DNA of 64,000 nt from a virus: positions 37,004 through 101,003 of the IMG/VR virus record IMGVR_UViG_3300009161_000031. One strand, given 5' to 3'. Shown here piece after piece: positions 25,129-35,290 of this stretch; the first letter of the stretch is position 1; each line of letters begins with the position of its first letter. A program made the translations under genes and the position numbers. The notes under the pieces are model-generated. The model was not told the DNA's origin and did no database searches. It saw nothing but the letters and a program-made list of their open reading frames with translations.

Positions 25129-26106
25129 ATGGCAGAAACTTGGTATAATCATCTTGGCCTATGCGCCGACTATTCAACAGCAAACCTTGATTTAGCAGCC
25201 AGTATTGGCGCTCAGTGGATACGCACATCACCCGAGTATGGGTGGAATATTTCTGCCGCTATTATCAAAACTCAGACCGACGCTATACGTGCTAAAGGTA
25301 TGAAGCATCTTGCTGTAGTTCAATATAACTCTGGGGGAACTCAAACTCATAACTACGATAATATGTTTACTGCTCCAACAATAAGAGCATCTTTTATTAG
25401 TTGGGTAGCATCGTTAGCACCATGTTGCGATGCTATAGAAATTGGCAATGAATGGAATTTGACTGCAGTATTCTGGCAAGGCACTTTTGATAAAACATGG
25501 AAGCAGCAAGCTCAACTTATGTATGACGTTGCCGTTGCTTGCAAAAAAAAGAATCCTGATATCATTCTCGTTACCGCAGGAATGTCGCCATATGGCAACG
25601 ATGACGGTGGTACTACCAACAAGTGGCCTCAGTCAGCGTTACCGCTACTTATTGCCGAGATAGACCGTCTTGCGAAGGCCGGAGGGCTAACAGGGTTTAG
25701 CGCCCTATTTGGTGGCATAGGACAGCATCTTTATGAGACAAAATATAATCCGAAGTCTGGCCCAGACGCTAACCATCCCGGTTGGTGGGCTGTCAAGCGT
25801 AACCGTACAGTCTGGTTTGGTGGAACCGCTAAAGGAACTTCAGGAACGTGGATTTGGCCGGGAATAGCAAAATATGGTGTCCCTATCTGGAACACAGAGT
25901 TTGGACAAAAGCGTATAGACTTTGCTAGTGGGGCGACTGCTGCAACTCATATGGGTTATTACTTTGAGGAGTATGAATCTCAGAAGGCTGCGGGTATAAA
26001 GATAGCGATGCACGTTGTCATTTCCAAGAAAGCTTTTGATGGCGATTGGACGCTTGATCCTGATACCAAATTGCGTATCAAAACACAATCACTGAAGGCT
26101 TGGTAA
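25129..26106 (+). CDS. clan GH-A-type glycoside hydrolase (TIM barrel)
   Basis: IEIGNEWN acid/base and PIWNTEFG nucleophile motifs; leaderless promoter TTGACT-N17-TAATAT-N6-ATG. Confidence 0.8.
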   Translation: MAETWYNHLGLCADYSTANLDLAASIGAQWIRTSPEYGWNISAAIIKTQTDAIRAKGMKHLAVVQYNSGGTQTHNYDNMFTAPTIRASFISWVASLAPCCDAIEIGNEWNLTAVFWQGTFDKTWKQQAQLMYDVAVACKKKNPDIILVTAGMSPYGNDDGGTTNKWPQSALPLLIAEIDRLAKAGGLTGFSALFGGIGQHLYETKYNPKSGPDANHPGWWAVKRNRTVWFGGTAKGTSGTWIWPGIAKYGVPIWNTEFGQKRIDFASGATAATHMGYYFEEYESQKAAGIKIAMHVVISKKAFDGDWTLDPDTKLRIKTQSLKAW

Positions 26107-26320
26107 ATAATATTATGAGTCAATCTGAAACTGAAACTAGATGTGTTTGTGCTAGGTGTGGACTAATTGCAATTGTCCCCAGCGACGGACGTTCAATATG
26201 GAGACTGGGCACTTGCCCTAGTTGCGATATGGTTGCATGGGTTGCCGATGAGTCAACTGCATAGTTATATTATATAAGTTATTTATAGCTATATTTTTTG
26301 ATGTAACGTATAATAGCTTT

Positions 26321-26503
26321 ATGTATGTTAGCTATTTTATTGGTGGACCATTGCATAGAAAAAAAACTAACAGCCGTGTAGTTCCAGCTGTAAAAATTGT
26401 ATTTAAAGATTCAAATAAAGTTATTCATATTTATGACAAGCTTAAAGTAACTAGCAATGAATTTCATGCGTGTTATCGATATGCTGGCGTATCTAAGATC
26501 TAA
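26321..26503 (+). CDS. hypothetical protein (FIGGPLH motif)
   Basis: TATAAT-N6-ATG leaderless. Confidence 0.6.
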   Translation: MYVSYFIGGPLHRKKTNSRVVPAVKIVFKDSNKVIHIYDKLKVTSNEFHACYRYAGVSKI

Positions 26504-26680
26504 TGGTAAATACGTCACCACAAGTTGTGGTACACTGTTTCTCGGAGGATAGTAAATGAGATGTATTAAGTGTGGAAATTTTGCGTCATCTAAAGTAGAG
26601 ATGCATGATGATTATCGATTTAAGATGCGCTATTACTGTACTCCTTGTCTTAAAATCTCTAAAAAAGGTGAACTTTTAAA

Positions 26681-26905
26681 ATGGCAAATAAAAATAAGCT
26701 TGTTAGACCAATCAACTTAAGTATTCACGCTATTGAAGATAGTCGTGGAGGTTATACTGTTGATACATACTTTGGTGACCGAAAGATAAGAATTAATTCT
26801 AATTTATATGAGACATCTGATATTGCATTAGATATGGCTGAACGTATTTTGTCTGTTGCTTTTGAGCGAATCTTAACTAAGACTCTTGGCTCTGTTGACC
26901 TATAA
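26681..26905 (+). CDS. hypothetical protein
   Basis: AAGGTG RBS. Confidence 0.65.
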   Translation: MANKNKLVRPINLSIHAIEDSRGGYTVDTYFGDRKIRINSNLYETSDIALDMAERILSVAFERILTKTLGSVDL

Positions 26906-26952
26906 TTTTCTATCTGTTTTTGCTTTTCATTTAGCGATGGTATAATGTGATT

Positions 26953-27201
26953 ATGGATTTAGAGATAGTGTGTATTATTAATTGTGACGATTGTGGAAAG
27001 TCAGTCATTATTGACCCTACATATGTAACAATATTTATTGGAGATGAAAATCTAGCAACTGCTGCTGCCCTGTGTTCGCACTGTGAGCGCCCAGTTGTGG
27101 AGGATATCTCTATCGAACTTGCCAAGTCTATGTCAGAAAAGAATGTTAAAGTATTGTCTTGGCTCAATGGAGAGGAAGTTAATTTAAATGAATGTATCTG
27201 A
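26953..27201 (+). CDS. Zn-binding hypothetical protein (CDDC...CSHC)
   Basis: TATAAT-N6-ATG at 26953. Confidence 0.7.
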   Translation: MDLEIVCIINCDDCGKSVIIDPTYVTIFIGDENLATAAALCSHCERPVVEDISIELAKSMSEKNVKVLSWLNGEEVNLNECI

Positions 27202-28225
27202 TTTGCCAACGCAGAGCATTTCAGCATTAGTTCCTGACAATTATGGGGCGCTGTCTTGGTTTACACCGTCAGTAGGCACGTTGATGGGTTATGGAGTGGC
27301 TGCTACCAGTCTTATTCGAGCTTTGATGAATCGTTCGACATACGTTGGATATAACAATAATAATCCAAAAGTTCATGTTTCTTTTGTTCAACCTGAGTGG
27401 TATACGGGAACTGAACAGCAATATAAAGTTGGGTATACTCCATGGGAGTCTACGGTTATCCCCGATACATGGAAACATTATATGCAAGAACAAGATGAAA
27501 TTTGGACTACATCCAATTTTTGTCTAGATATCTTTAAGCAATATGAAGTTAATGATACCATTCATATGGTCCCTCATGGTATAGACCCAGAAGTTTGGAC
27601 TATTCAAGAAAGAACTTTGACTGAAGATTTTGTTTTCCTGCACGTTGGTGGGAGCGTAGAGCGCAAAGGCTGCCAAAAAGTTGTTGATGCATTTTTAGAT
27701 TTATTTGATGGACAATCTAATATAAAACTTCTCATAAAATCTACTGGAGTTTCAGAAGGCCGATGGAGACGAGAAAATTACTACGGTGGCAATATTTCCA
27801 ATCATCCACAAGTGACGGTAGTTGATTCAGACTTATCAGAAACTGATTTAGTCAAGATGTATCATAAGGCACATTGTCTTGTATACCCAACTAATGGGGA
27901 AGGCTTTGGATTTATACCATTTCAGGGTATTGCCACAGGGCTTCCTACTATTGCTACTAATTTAACAGCTACTGCAGATTTTGCTGAGTTGTCTATGCCT
28001 TTGAAGGCATCATGGACTGAAGGCAATGGCATCCATCTTGGGCTGTGGGCGGAGCCTGATTTAGAAGACTTAAGAATTCAAATGAAATCGGCAGTTGATG
28101 ATTGGGAAAATCATAAAAAGAAAGCTATGTACGGTGCGAGGATAATTCATGGAAATCAGACATGGGATCATATTGCTCAGCAGGTAATCGGGATATTAGG
28201 AAATCGTCTATATGAGCGTACCTAG
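27188..28225 (+). CDS. GT4-family (GT-B) glycosyltransferase
   Basis: PHGID, RKG, YPTNGEGFGFIPFQGIATGLP. Confidence 0.92.
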   Translation: MNVSDLPTQSISALVPDNYGALSWFTPSVGTLMGYGVAATSLIRALMNRSTYVGYNNNNPKVHVSFVQPEWYTGTEQQYKVGYTPWESTVIPDTWKHYMQEQDEIWTTSNFCLDIFKQYEVNDTIHMVPHGIDPEVWTIQERTLTEDFVFLHVGGSVERKGCQKVVDAFLDLFDGQSNIKLLIKSTGVSEGRWRRENYYGGNISNHPQVTVVDSDLSETDLVKMYHKAHCLVYPTNGEGFGFIPFQGIATGLPTIATNLTATADFAELSMPLKASWTEGNGIHLGLWAEPDLEDLRIQMKSAVDDWENHKKKAMYGARIIHGNQTWDHIAQQVIGILGNRLYERT

Positions 28226-29144
28226 TCTATCTATCGTAATCCCTTTTATTGACTCGTGGGAATTCACCTCCAAGGCTATAGCTAATTTGGTGAAATATAC
28301 CCACGGTGACACCCAGCTAGTTGCTATCGACAATGGTTCTGATATTTCACATGAAGAGGACATTCAATCTTTGATTAAAAATTCTTCAATTAAGTTAACC
28401 TATGTTCGTAATGAATCTAATACAGGAGTCTTGGCTACATTCCGGCAGGGAATGAAAAAGGCAGATGCGAACATCGTTTGTTTTATGCATAATGATGTTT
28501 TGATTCATGAGCCATTGTGGGACTTAAGAGTCGTTAAATCTTTTGCTGACGATGCGAGTCTCGGCTTGATAGGGCTATTTGGGGCAAGAGGGGTTCAGCC
28601 AAACGGAGGTAGAGAAGGCTCTATGTCTAACATGCTGGGCCAAGAATGGGGCTCGTGCGATTGTCACGAAGTTGCTTCACTGCATCATGGAGAACGGATG
28701 GAAGGTTTGTCCCCTAGCGTTGTCTTTGACGGTGTTGGATTGTTCTTTAAAAAAGAAGCACTTTTGAATATTGCATCTAAGACTGATGCGTTTGAAGATT
28801 GGCGCGCTCCTCATCATTTCTATGACCGCATTTTAAGTTTGAAAGTGTTAGGTCTGGGATATCATATGGCTACTATTGGCATTAAGTTTGATCACTATAG
28901 CGGTGTTACAGCAAACCGTAGCGATAAATATGTAGAATTTTCCAAGCAATGGTTAAAAAAATATAATTATGGAATAAACGATATTGGAATAGATTCTACA
29001 ATATATAATATTGCGGAGTATCAATGGACTAAAGAATTCAGTTCCGTTTTGCCCATCTTTGTAGTTGAAGGCTATTCGATTCATCATGGACAGAGCCCCC
29101 TTCCGAGGATGCCCTTCAACATAGGTTATACTTCCAATGGCTAG
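28212..29144 (+). CDS. GT2-family glycosyltransferase
   Basis: SIVIP, IDNGS, RNESNTG, FMHNDV. Confidence 0.88.
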   Translation: MSVPSLSIVIPFIDSWEFTSKAIANLVKYTHGDTQLVAIDNGSDISHEEDIQSLIKNSSIKLTYVRNESNTGVLATFRQGMKKADANIVCFMHNDVLIHEPLWDLRVVKSFADDASLGLIGLFGARGVQPNGGREGSMSNMLGQEWGSCDCHEVASLHHGERMEGLSPSVVFDGVGLFFKKEALLNIASKTDAFEDWRAPHHFYDRILSLKVLGLGYHMATIGIKFDHYSGVTANRSDKYVEFSKQWLKKYNYGINDIGIDSTIYNIAEYQWTKEFSSVLPIFVVEGYSIHHGQSPLPRMPFNIGYTSNG

Positions 29145-29210
29145 AAACGCAATTAAAGCCTTCAGCCTTATCTTGGCGCATGCAGATATCTATCTTCTAA
29201 AGGAGCAATT

Positions 29211-29744
29211 ATGACATTGAGGCAATTAGACTTAGGTGCTGGCGGAGCCAATAGGATATTGGATGGATATGACGGATATGGGGTTGACATTGGCCCAGTC
29301 TCTCGTCCATGGCTACTTGAAAACAGAATTGCTGATATTGCTATCAGCTCTATTCCATATGAAGACAACTTCTTTGACCATGTAACCGCACACGATTTGC
29401 TGGAACATATTCCAGCAGTTATATATAACAACAACATTAAACGTAATTGTATGATTGAACTGTTTAATGAAATTTATCGAGTCTTGAAAGATGGTGGAAC
29501 TTTCTACCACAGCACTCCTGGATATATTCCCGGAACAAATCACCAGTCAATATGGGCTGATCCAACACATGTTTATGTCTGGACTCTCGATACGGCACAC
29601 CATCTCAGCGGAGACTATTTTGGTCAGCACGATAGCTATGATCACAAATCAAAGTTTAAGCTATTGAGCCGTGACTATAATCATAGTCACATTATGGAAA
29701 CATTTGTGGCTATTAAACCCGATAATCCACCGTACAATCTGTAG
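29211..29744 (+). CDS. class I SAM-dependent methyltransferase
   Basis: LDLGAG, IPYEDNFFD, LEHI, EIYRVLKDGG, DPTH. Confidence 0.9.
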   Translation: MTLRQLDLGAGGANRILDGYDGYGVDIGPVSRPWLLENRIADIAISSIPYEDNFFDHVTAHDLLEHIPAVIYNNNIKRNCMIELFNEIYRVLKDGGTFYHSTPGYIPGTNHQSIWADPTHVYVWTLDTAHHLSGDYFGQHDSYDHKSKFKLLSRDYNHSHIMETFVAIKPDNPPYNL

Positions 29745-29752
29745 GAGAAAAT

Positions 29753-30460
29753 ATGAAAATAGGAATAGTTATACCAGTGTTCAATCAATTTAAAAAAGCC
29801 GTAGATGCCATTTCAAGCATCAAGACAGATGAAACATATGAAGTTAAGATTATACCTCAATATATTGTCAATAGGCCGCTGTCTGCTGCGTGGAATGAAG
29901 GCGTAGCTTGGTCAAAAGGTCGGGGGCATGACTTTACTTTGGTCATCAATGACGATATCATGTTTTCTCCTCAATGTATTGACAACTTAATTACGGCCTT
30001 TGTAGACCAAGAAAAAGATGGTGTCGTGATGGTGACTGGATGCAATGTTCATAGTTTTCTAGATGACCCTTATCTAATTTTAGACTATGCCAATAGCCTA
30101 ATCGACTATACAGAGCACCCGGACTTTTCATGCTTTATGATTCGCCCCGATATTGTTTCTACCGTGGGGCTCTTTGATGAAAACTTTGCTCCAGCTTATT
30201 ATGAAGATAATGACTATCATTATAGAATTGCATTGGCTGGCAAGAAAGCTCTCAATATCGCCTCTGCTCCATATTATCATTATGGCTCTGCGACTCAAAA
30301 TTCTCTTGTTGAGGTTATTGATATTTTTCCTGCAATCTCTGGAGATAATGAGGGGTATTACATTAGTAAGTGGGGCGGAAGTCCGGGCAAAGAGTCTTTC
30401 CAACATCCATACAATGATGTCAGTTACTCGCATTGTGACTGGCGGCCCGTTGCTAAATAA
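29753..30460 (+). CDS. GT2-family glycosyltransferase
   Basis: IVIPVFN, AWNEG, INDD, GLFDENF.PAYYEDNDY. Confidence 0.9.
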   Translation: MKIGIVIPVFNQFKKAVDAISSIKTDETYEVKIIPQYIVNRPLSAAWNEGVAWSKGRGHDFTLVINDDIMFSPQCIDNLITAFVDQEKDGVVMVTGCNVHSFLDDPYLILDYANSLIDYTEHPDFSCFMIRPDIVSTVGLFDENFAPAYYEDNDYHYRIALAGKKALNIASAPYYHYGSATQNSLVEVIDIFPAISGDNEGYYISKWGGSPGKESFQHPYNDVSYSHCDWRPVAK

Positions 30461-30568
30461 TCTTCTTCAAATCCCAATGTAGGGTCTTGTTTCGGTGTCT
30501 CCGATGTGATAAGGTAGATACACGTTTCGCTCTGGGCGCTCGCCCGACTAAATCTGAAGGAGATTAAA

Positions 30569-32593
30569 ATGACTGACACAATTCGAACCCTAGCAATACC
30601 AGCCCTTTTTGCAAAATCGGGATATCAAGGATATAAGATTTTTCTTGATAGATATACAAAGAAGGCACTTAAGGGTGATATCGCTATTGACGATTTAGTT
30701 TTAGTCATTACCAAGAAAGACCCTAAGTTCCCCCAGAAAGATGTTGGATGGGTGACTGAAATTACCGCTAAGGGCGCAGTCGTTATGCTTTATAACGGTG
30801 AAGAAATCTATCAGGACTTTGACCTTATTTCTCGACCTCTGGAGACAGAGCCTGCTCAAGTTCGTCGGCGTGTTGCCAATGCTCTTGCTTCGTGTGAGAA
30901 GCCTGAGATACAGCAAGATGTTGAAGATGATTTCTATCGTATCTTGTTGGATTATTTTATTCCCGGTGGACGCATCCTTGCTGGCGCAGGTTTAGATACT
31001 TTGACTTTGCAAAACTGTTTTGTATTGCCGGGTGCTGAAGATTCTCGCACCGGAGTATTTGACAGAGCCAAAGAAATGGCTGAGACACATAGCCGTGGTG
31101 GAGGAGTTGGAATCAATCTATCTTCTTTGCGTCCTCGCTATGCTCACGTTAAGGGAGTTAATGGCATTTCCTCTGGCGCAGTATCTTGGGGGCAAATCTT
31201 CAATCTGTCTACAGGACTAATTGAGCAGGGTGGTTCTCGTCGTGGGGCGACGATGCTTATGATTGATGATTGGCACCCTGATGTATTTGAGTTTATTCAG
31301 GCCAAGAGAACCGCTGGAGCATTTGAGAATGCAAACATGAGTGTCTGTATTTCAGATGCTTTTATGGAAGCCCTAGATGCTGATGGAGACTGGAATTTAG
31401 TGTTCCCAGAAACAGGGGATCCTATCTATGACGAAAAATGGACTGGTAACCTCCAGCAGTGGCAAGAAGATGGTGGAACCGTTCGAGTCTACGATACTGT
31501 AAAAGCTCGTGATATCTGGAGTCTTCTTATTGAGTCTGCTTGGGCTTCTGCGGAACCCGGACTACATTTTCTTGAGCGTAGTAATAAGATGTCTAATTCT
31601 TGGTATTTTGCTCCGCTTGTTGCCACCAATCCTTGCGGAGAGCAGCCTCTAGAGGCATACGGTGTATGCACGCTTGGTGCGCTTGACCTATCCAAGTTTA
31701 TATCTGCAAGTGGTGTTGGTATGAACTGGGCTATGCTTACTTCTGTTATTCAAACTGCAGTAAGATTTTTGGATAATGTCATTGATGTTAATAACTATCA
31801 CCTGCCGGAGATTGAAGTTAATCACCGAGGCAACCGACGTATCGGATTAGGAACTATGGGGCTAGGTGAGCTTTTGCTGCGTCTGGGTATTAAGTATGGG
31901 TCAGATGAGTCTGTATCTTTTATAAATACTTTGTATCAGTTTATTGCTGAGCAGGCATATCATACTTCCGTAAACCTTGCAATGGAAAAAGGTGCTTTCT
32001 CTATGTATGACGAGAGAATGCTAAATTCTGGATTTATGGAGGCCATGCCAATTTCTGTGCGTGAGCGAGTTCGGACTCACGGGATACGTAATGTCTGCTT
32101 GCTCACACAGGCCCCCACAGGGACCACAGGCACGATGATGGGAACATCTACGGGTATAGAGCCATATTATTCTTGGCAGTATACTCGCACATCAAGGTTA
32201 GGTGTCCATGTTGAGGTCGTGCCAGCTCTTAAAGAGTTAGGTTTGAAGATTAGTGACCTGCCAGATTACTGTGTTACCGCACAAGACTTAGATCCAGATG
32301 AGCATGTCAAGGTTCAGGCCGCTATTCAGAGATGGACAGATTCGGCAATTAGCAAGACAACCAATGCTCCATCTAACTATAGTATTGCTCAGACAGACAG
32401 GCTGTATCGTAATGCCTATGCAATGGGATGCAAGGGCGTAACTATCTACAGAGATAAGTCTCGCCATGAGCAGGTTCTATCTTCCATTGACGAGCAGGAT
32501 GATACATATGAAGATGGTGTTGAGGTAATTCATCAGGGAGCCTGTGAAGTAGCTTATCTTCCTGACGGTACTGTTTACTCTAAATGTGATTAG
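30569..32593 (+). CDS. nrdJ: class II (adenosylcobalamin-dependent) ribonucleotide reductase
   Basis: PGGRIL, NCFV, RRGA, TNPCGEQPL, CTLG, APTGT, GIEP, C-terminal Cys pair; no beta subunit nearby. Confidence 0.92.
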   Translation: MTDTIRTLAIPALFAKSGYQGYKIFLDRYTKKALKGDIAIDDLVLVITKKDPKFPQKDVGWVTEITAKGAVVMLYNGEEIYQDFDLISRPLETEPAQVRRRVANALASCEKPEIQQDVEDDFYRILLDYFIPGGRILAGAGLDTLTLQNCFVLPGAEDSRTGVFDRAKEMAETHSRGGGVGINLSSLRPRYAHVKGVNGISSGAVSWGQIFNLSTGLIEQGGSRRGATMLMIDDWHPDVFEFIQAKRTAGAFENANMSVCISDAFMEALDADGDWNLVFPETGDPIYDEKWTGNLQQWQEDGGTVRVYDTVKARDIWSLLIESAWASAEPGLHFLERSNKMSNSWYFAPLVATNPCGEQPLEAYGVCTLGALDLSKFISASGVGMNWAMLTSVIQTAVRFLDNVIDVNNYHLPEIEVNHRGNRRIGLGTMGLGELLLRLGIKYGSDESVSFINTLYQFIAEQAYHTSVNLAMEKGAFSMYDERMLNSGFMEAMPISVRERVRTHGIRNVCLLTQAPTGTTGTMMGTSTGIEPYYSWQYTRTSRLGVHVEVVPALKELGLKISDLPDYCVTAQDLDPDEHVKVQAAIQRWTDSAISKTTNAPSNYSIAQTDRLYRNAYAMGCKGVTIYRDKSRHEQVLSSIDEQDDTYEDGVEVIHQGACEVAYLPDGTVYSKCD

Positions 32594-32609
32594 TGCTATG
32601 ATATAGGAT

Positions 32610-32813
32610 ATGTTTAAACGCACATTTCCATATGAGTGGTGGGGTTTAATTTGTTTAGTAGTTGCCTATGATATTTTTGTTCATAGAACTAAAAAACGTG
32701 CAACCTTGTCTAATGTTATAAAGAGTTTAAATCAAGACAATTTAAGTTCTTCTATTCTTTGGGCCTTTTGGGGCTGGTTAACTTATCACTGGTTTTTTGA
32801 GCGGGACAATTGA
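32610..32813 (+). CDS. small membrane protein
   Basis: two Trp-rich hydrophobic segments; leaderless. Confidence 0.65.
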   Translation: MFKRTFPYEWWGLICLVVAYDIFVHRTKKRATLSNVIKSLNQDNLSSSILWAFWGWLTYHWFFERDN

Positions 32814-33012
32814 TGAAATCAACATATATCTCATATGAGTGCGATGAGCAATTAGAGATGGATACTAAAAAGACCACTATACGCTTTAGTATCAATATTT
32901 ACTGTGATGAATGTCAAACTGTTCACACTTTTATATTAAAACCAGTAAAAACATCTAAAAAACAATAAAAAACTTTGGCTTTTCATAGAAAATATGATAG
33001 GATTGACTTAAT

Positions 33013-33339
33013 ATGAATAACTTTGCACCTAAAACTACTGAAGTTCAGTCTGATTCTCCATATGGAGTATGCCTTTGGGAAATGCCTGATGGCGGTTGCT
33101 TAGGAGATGGAGAACGATTCCTCTCACTAAATGGAAGAGTTGGCGATAAAAACGTAGAAGCTAGAATGAGAAAAGCTGTAATTCATTATATGGGTGACGC
33201 AACTGGACAGCCTAAGTGGATGCCTGGAAGAAGGCAAGTTTCTGACATGGAATATGATGTACAGAATGAGCGCTTTGCTAATGGCTTGATACCAGATGAA
33301 GCAGAAGCCGCTCGACAGATAATGAGGGGCCTTAAATAA
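33013..33339 (+). CDS. hypothetical protein immediately upstream of portal
   Basis: TAATG coupling to portal. Confidence 0.75.
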   Translation: MNNFAPKTTEVQSDSPYGVCLWEMPDGGCLGDGERFLSLNGRVGDKNVEARMRKAVIHYMGDATGQPKWMPGRRQVSDMEYDVQNERFANGLIPDEAEAARQIMRGLK

Positions 33340-34952
33340 TGAAACATGAAATTTCGCTAGTAGATGAGTCACAGGATACTGTAGTATATTTGCCGGAAAT
33401 TGATATTGATTTAATTCAGCCGCAAATGGAGAAGGTCAGTTCTGACCCTTTTCGTCGCGTTGATGCATCTGGACAGTCTAAAAAAACTCAACGTCTTATT
33501 AAGAGATTAGTAGGCGTTGAGGGTGCAGAAAGTAAATACTCAGATCCTTTAAATATTGATGGATATGGATTATTTAATGTAACTGTACCTCCATATGATT
33601 TAGATACTTTGTCAACTTTGTATGATGAATGTGGATTCTTGCATGCAACTGTTGATGCTCGTGTTATGAATACAGTTGGACTTGGCTTTAACTGGAAGCC
33701 CACAACCAAGGCAGAAAAAAGAGTTTCTAGATCTGCCACCAATGCCGAGAAAGCAGACCGTATTCGCAATATGCATCAGTCTGAGCAGGATCGTCTTGAA
33801 CTTCTTTTTGAGTCTTTCAATGAAGAAGAAACTTTTACTGAGACAATGGTTAAAATTTGGACCGATATGCTTGTAACTGGAAACGGATACATGGAAATTG
33901 GTCGCACTAACTCTGGTAAAGTTGGATATGTTGGACATATCCCTAGTCGCCTTATGCGAGTTAGGAAGGAACGAGATGGATACGTTCAGCTAGCGAATCG
34001 CGTTGCTATTTTCTTTAGGAACTTTGGCGACTCTGAGACTAAAGACCCAATTGGCGACGACCCCAAACCCAATGAAATTTTGCATTTTAAAGTTTATAGC
34101 CCAAATCATACTTTCTATGGAATCCCACCTTCAGTTTCTGTAATCTCAGCTATTGTGGGAGATAAGTTTGCTAAAGAATACAACATTGATTATTTTGAAA
34201 ATAAGGCTATTCCCCGTTATGCTATTATCTTGAAGGGGGTAAAGTTAAGTGAAGCCTCAAAACGTGAACTTATTACGTATTTTAAGAAAGAAGTTAAAGG
34301 TCGAAATCACGGAACACTCGTTGTTCCTATCCCTGCGACTATTGGATCTAACAATGATGCTGATATCCGATTTGAGAAGCTTGAGGCCGGAGTACAGGAA
34401 GGCTCGTTCGACCAGTACCGAAAGTCCAACAGAGACGAAATAATTTCTGCGTATCGTGTCCCACCAACTAAGGTCGGAGTTTATGATAACGCAAACATGG
34501 CAGTCGCTCGCGATGCTGATAAGACATTCAAGACTCAAGTTGTGAGTCCAGATCAGGTCATTGCTGAAAAGAAAATCAACAGAATTGTCACCGAGTTTAG
34601 TGACTTGTTCTTGTTCTTCTTCCAGCAGCTAGATATTATCGATGAAGATTTGCGGTCTAGAATTCATGATCGTTATCTTCGTACTGAGGTTATTACTCCC
34701 AATGAGGTAAGAACTCAAGTAGGTTTGCCAGCAATTGCTGGTGGAGATGAAGTATTGATGTACCCCACTAACTTAAAACTGCAACAAGCTGGAAAGCCTG
34801 CTGCGGATGGTACTGGAAATACTAATGCAATGTTTGGAACTCCACCTAAGTCAGGTCAGGATAATGGCTCTAATGCTACTCCTAAGACTGATGGTACGGG
34901 GCAAGAACGCGGTCAAGCCCAAGATACTCAGGGCGTAAGGGAAAGAGGTTAA
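33339..34952 (+). CDS. portal protein
   Basis: GNGYMEI, EILHFK...YGIP, YFENKAIP, II.AYRVPP, ITPNEVR...GLP...GGD. Confidence 0.93.
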   Translation: MKHEISLVDESQDTVVYLPEIDIDLIQPQMEKVSSDPFRRVDASGQSKKTQRLIKRLVGVEGAESKYSDPLNIDGYGLFNVTVPPYDLDTLSTLYDECGFLHATVDARVMNTVGLGFNWKPTTKAEKRVSRSATNAEKADRIRNMHQSEQDRLELLFESFNEEETFTETMVKIWTDMLVTGNGYMEIGRTNSGKVGYVGHIPSRLMRVRKERDGYVQLANRVAIFFRNFGDSETKDPIGDDPKPNEILHFKVYSPNHTFYGIPPSVSVISAIVGDKFAKEYNIDYFENKAIPRYAIILKGVKLSEASKRELITYFKKEVKGRNHGTLVVPIPATIGSNNDADIRFEKLEAGVQEGSFDQYRKSNRDEIISAYRVPPTKVGVYDNANMAVARDADKTFKTQVVSPDQVIAEKKINRIVTEFSDLFLFFFQQLDIIDEDLRSRIHDRYLRTEVITPNEVRTQVGLPAIAGGDEVLMYPTNLKLQQAGKPAADGTGNTNAMFGTPPKSGQDNGSNATPKTDGTGQERGQAQDTQGVRERG

Positions 34953-34953
34953 A

Positions 34954-35187
34954 ATGGAAATTGCACAAGTTATTGCTTCAGGGCAGACTGCATCTGGTAA
35001 TACCATTACTGTAACCGACAGAACCAGGAAATGGATGTTTTCAGCAGTCGCTGCTGCCACTGTTGTCTTGGATGGTAAGTATACAATATATTTGCCAGCT
35101 TCTGCTCCACAATATGTTACAGTTGAGGGAAACTATCAGACTGCAACTATTGGCACAAGCACTGTTAGTTATATTGTATTTGGCTAG
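34954..35187 (+). CDS. small beta-rich putative virion protein
   Basis: GAGG RBS, position in the head module. Confidence 0.65.
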   Translation: MEIAQVIASGQTASGNTITVTDRTRKWMFSAVAAATVVLDGKYTIYLPASAPQYVTVEGNYQTATIGTSTVSYIVFG

Positions 35188-35290
35188 TTGACATATGTCA
35201 TATCTTCTGGTATGCTTCAGGGGACAACATAGCCGTTGCTATCCCAATCTGCAGTATTGCCACATATTGCGAGTAGGGAGATATATATAA

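Noticed and set aside
30569-32593. Intein or intron in the RNR, or an NrdR box upstream
   Set aside because: Length and motif spacing are normal, and the upstream sequence does not match the NrdR consensus convincingly.
33013-33339. Terminase subunit upstream of portal
   Set aside because: No Walker motifs or recognisable TerS features; terminase is presumably outside the window.
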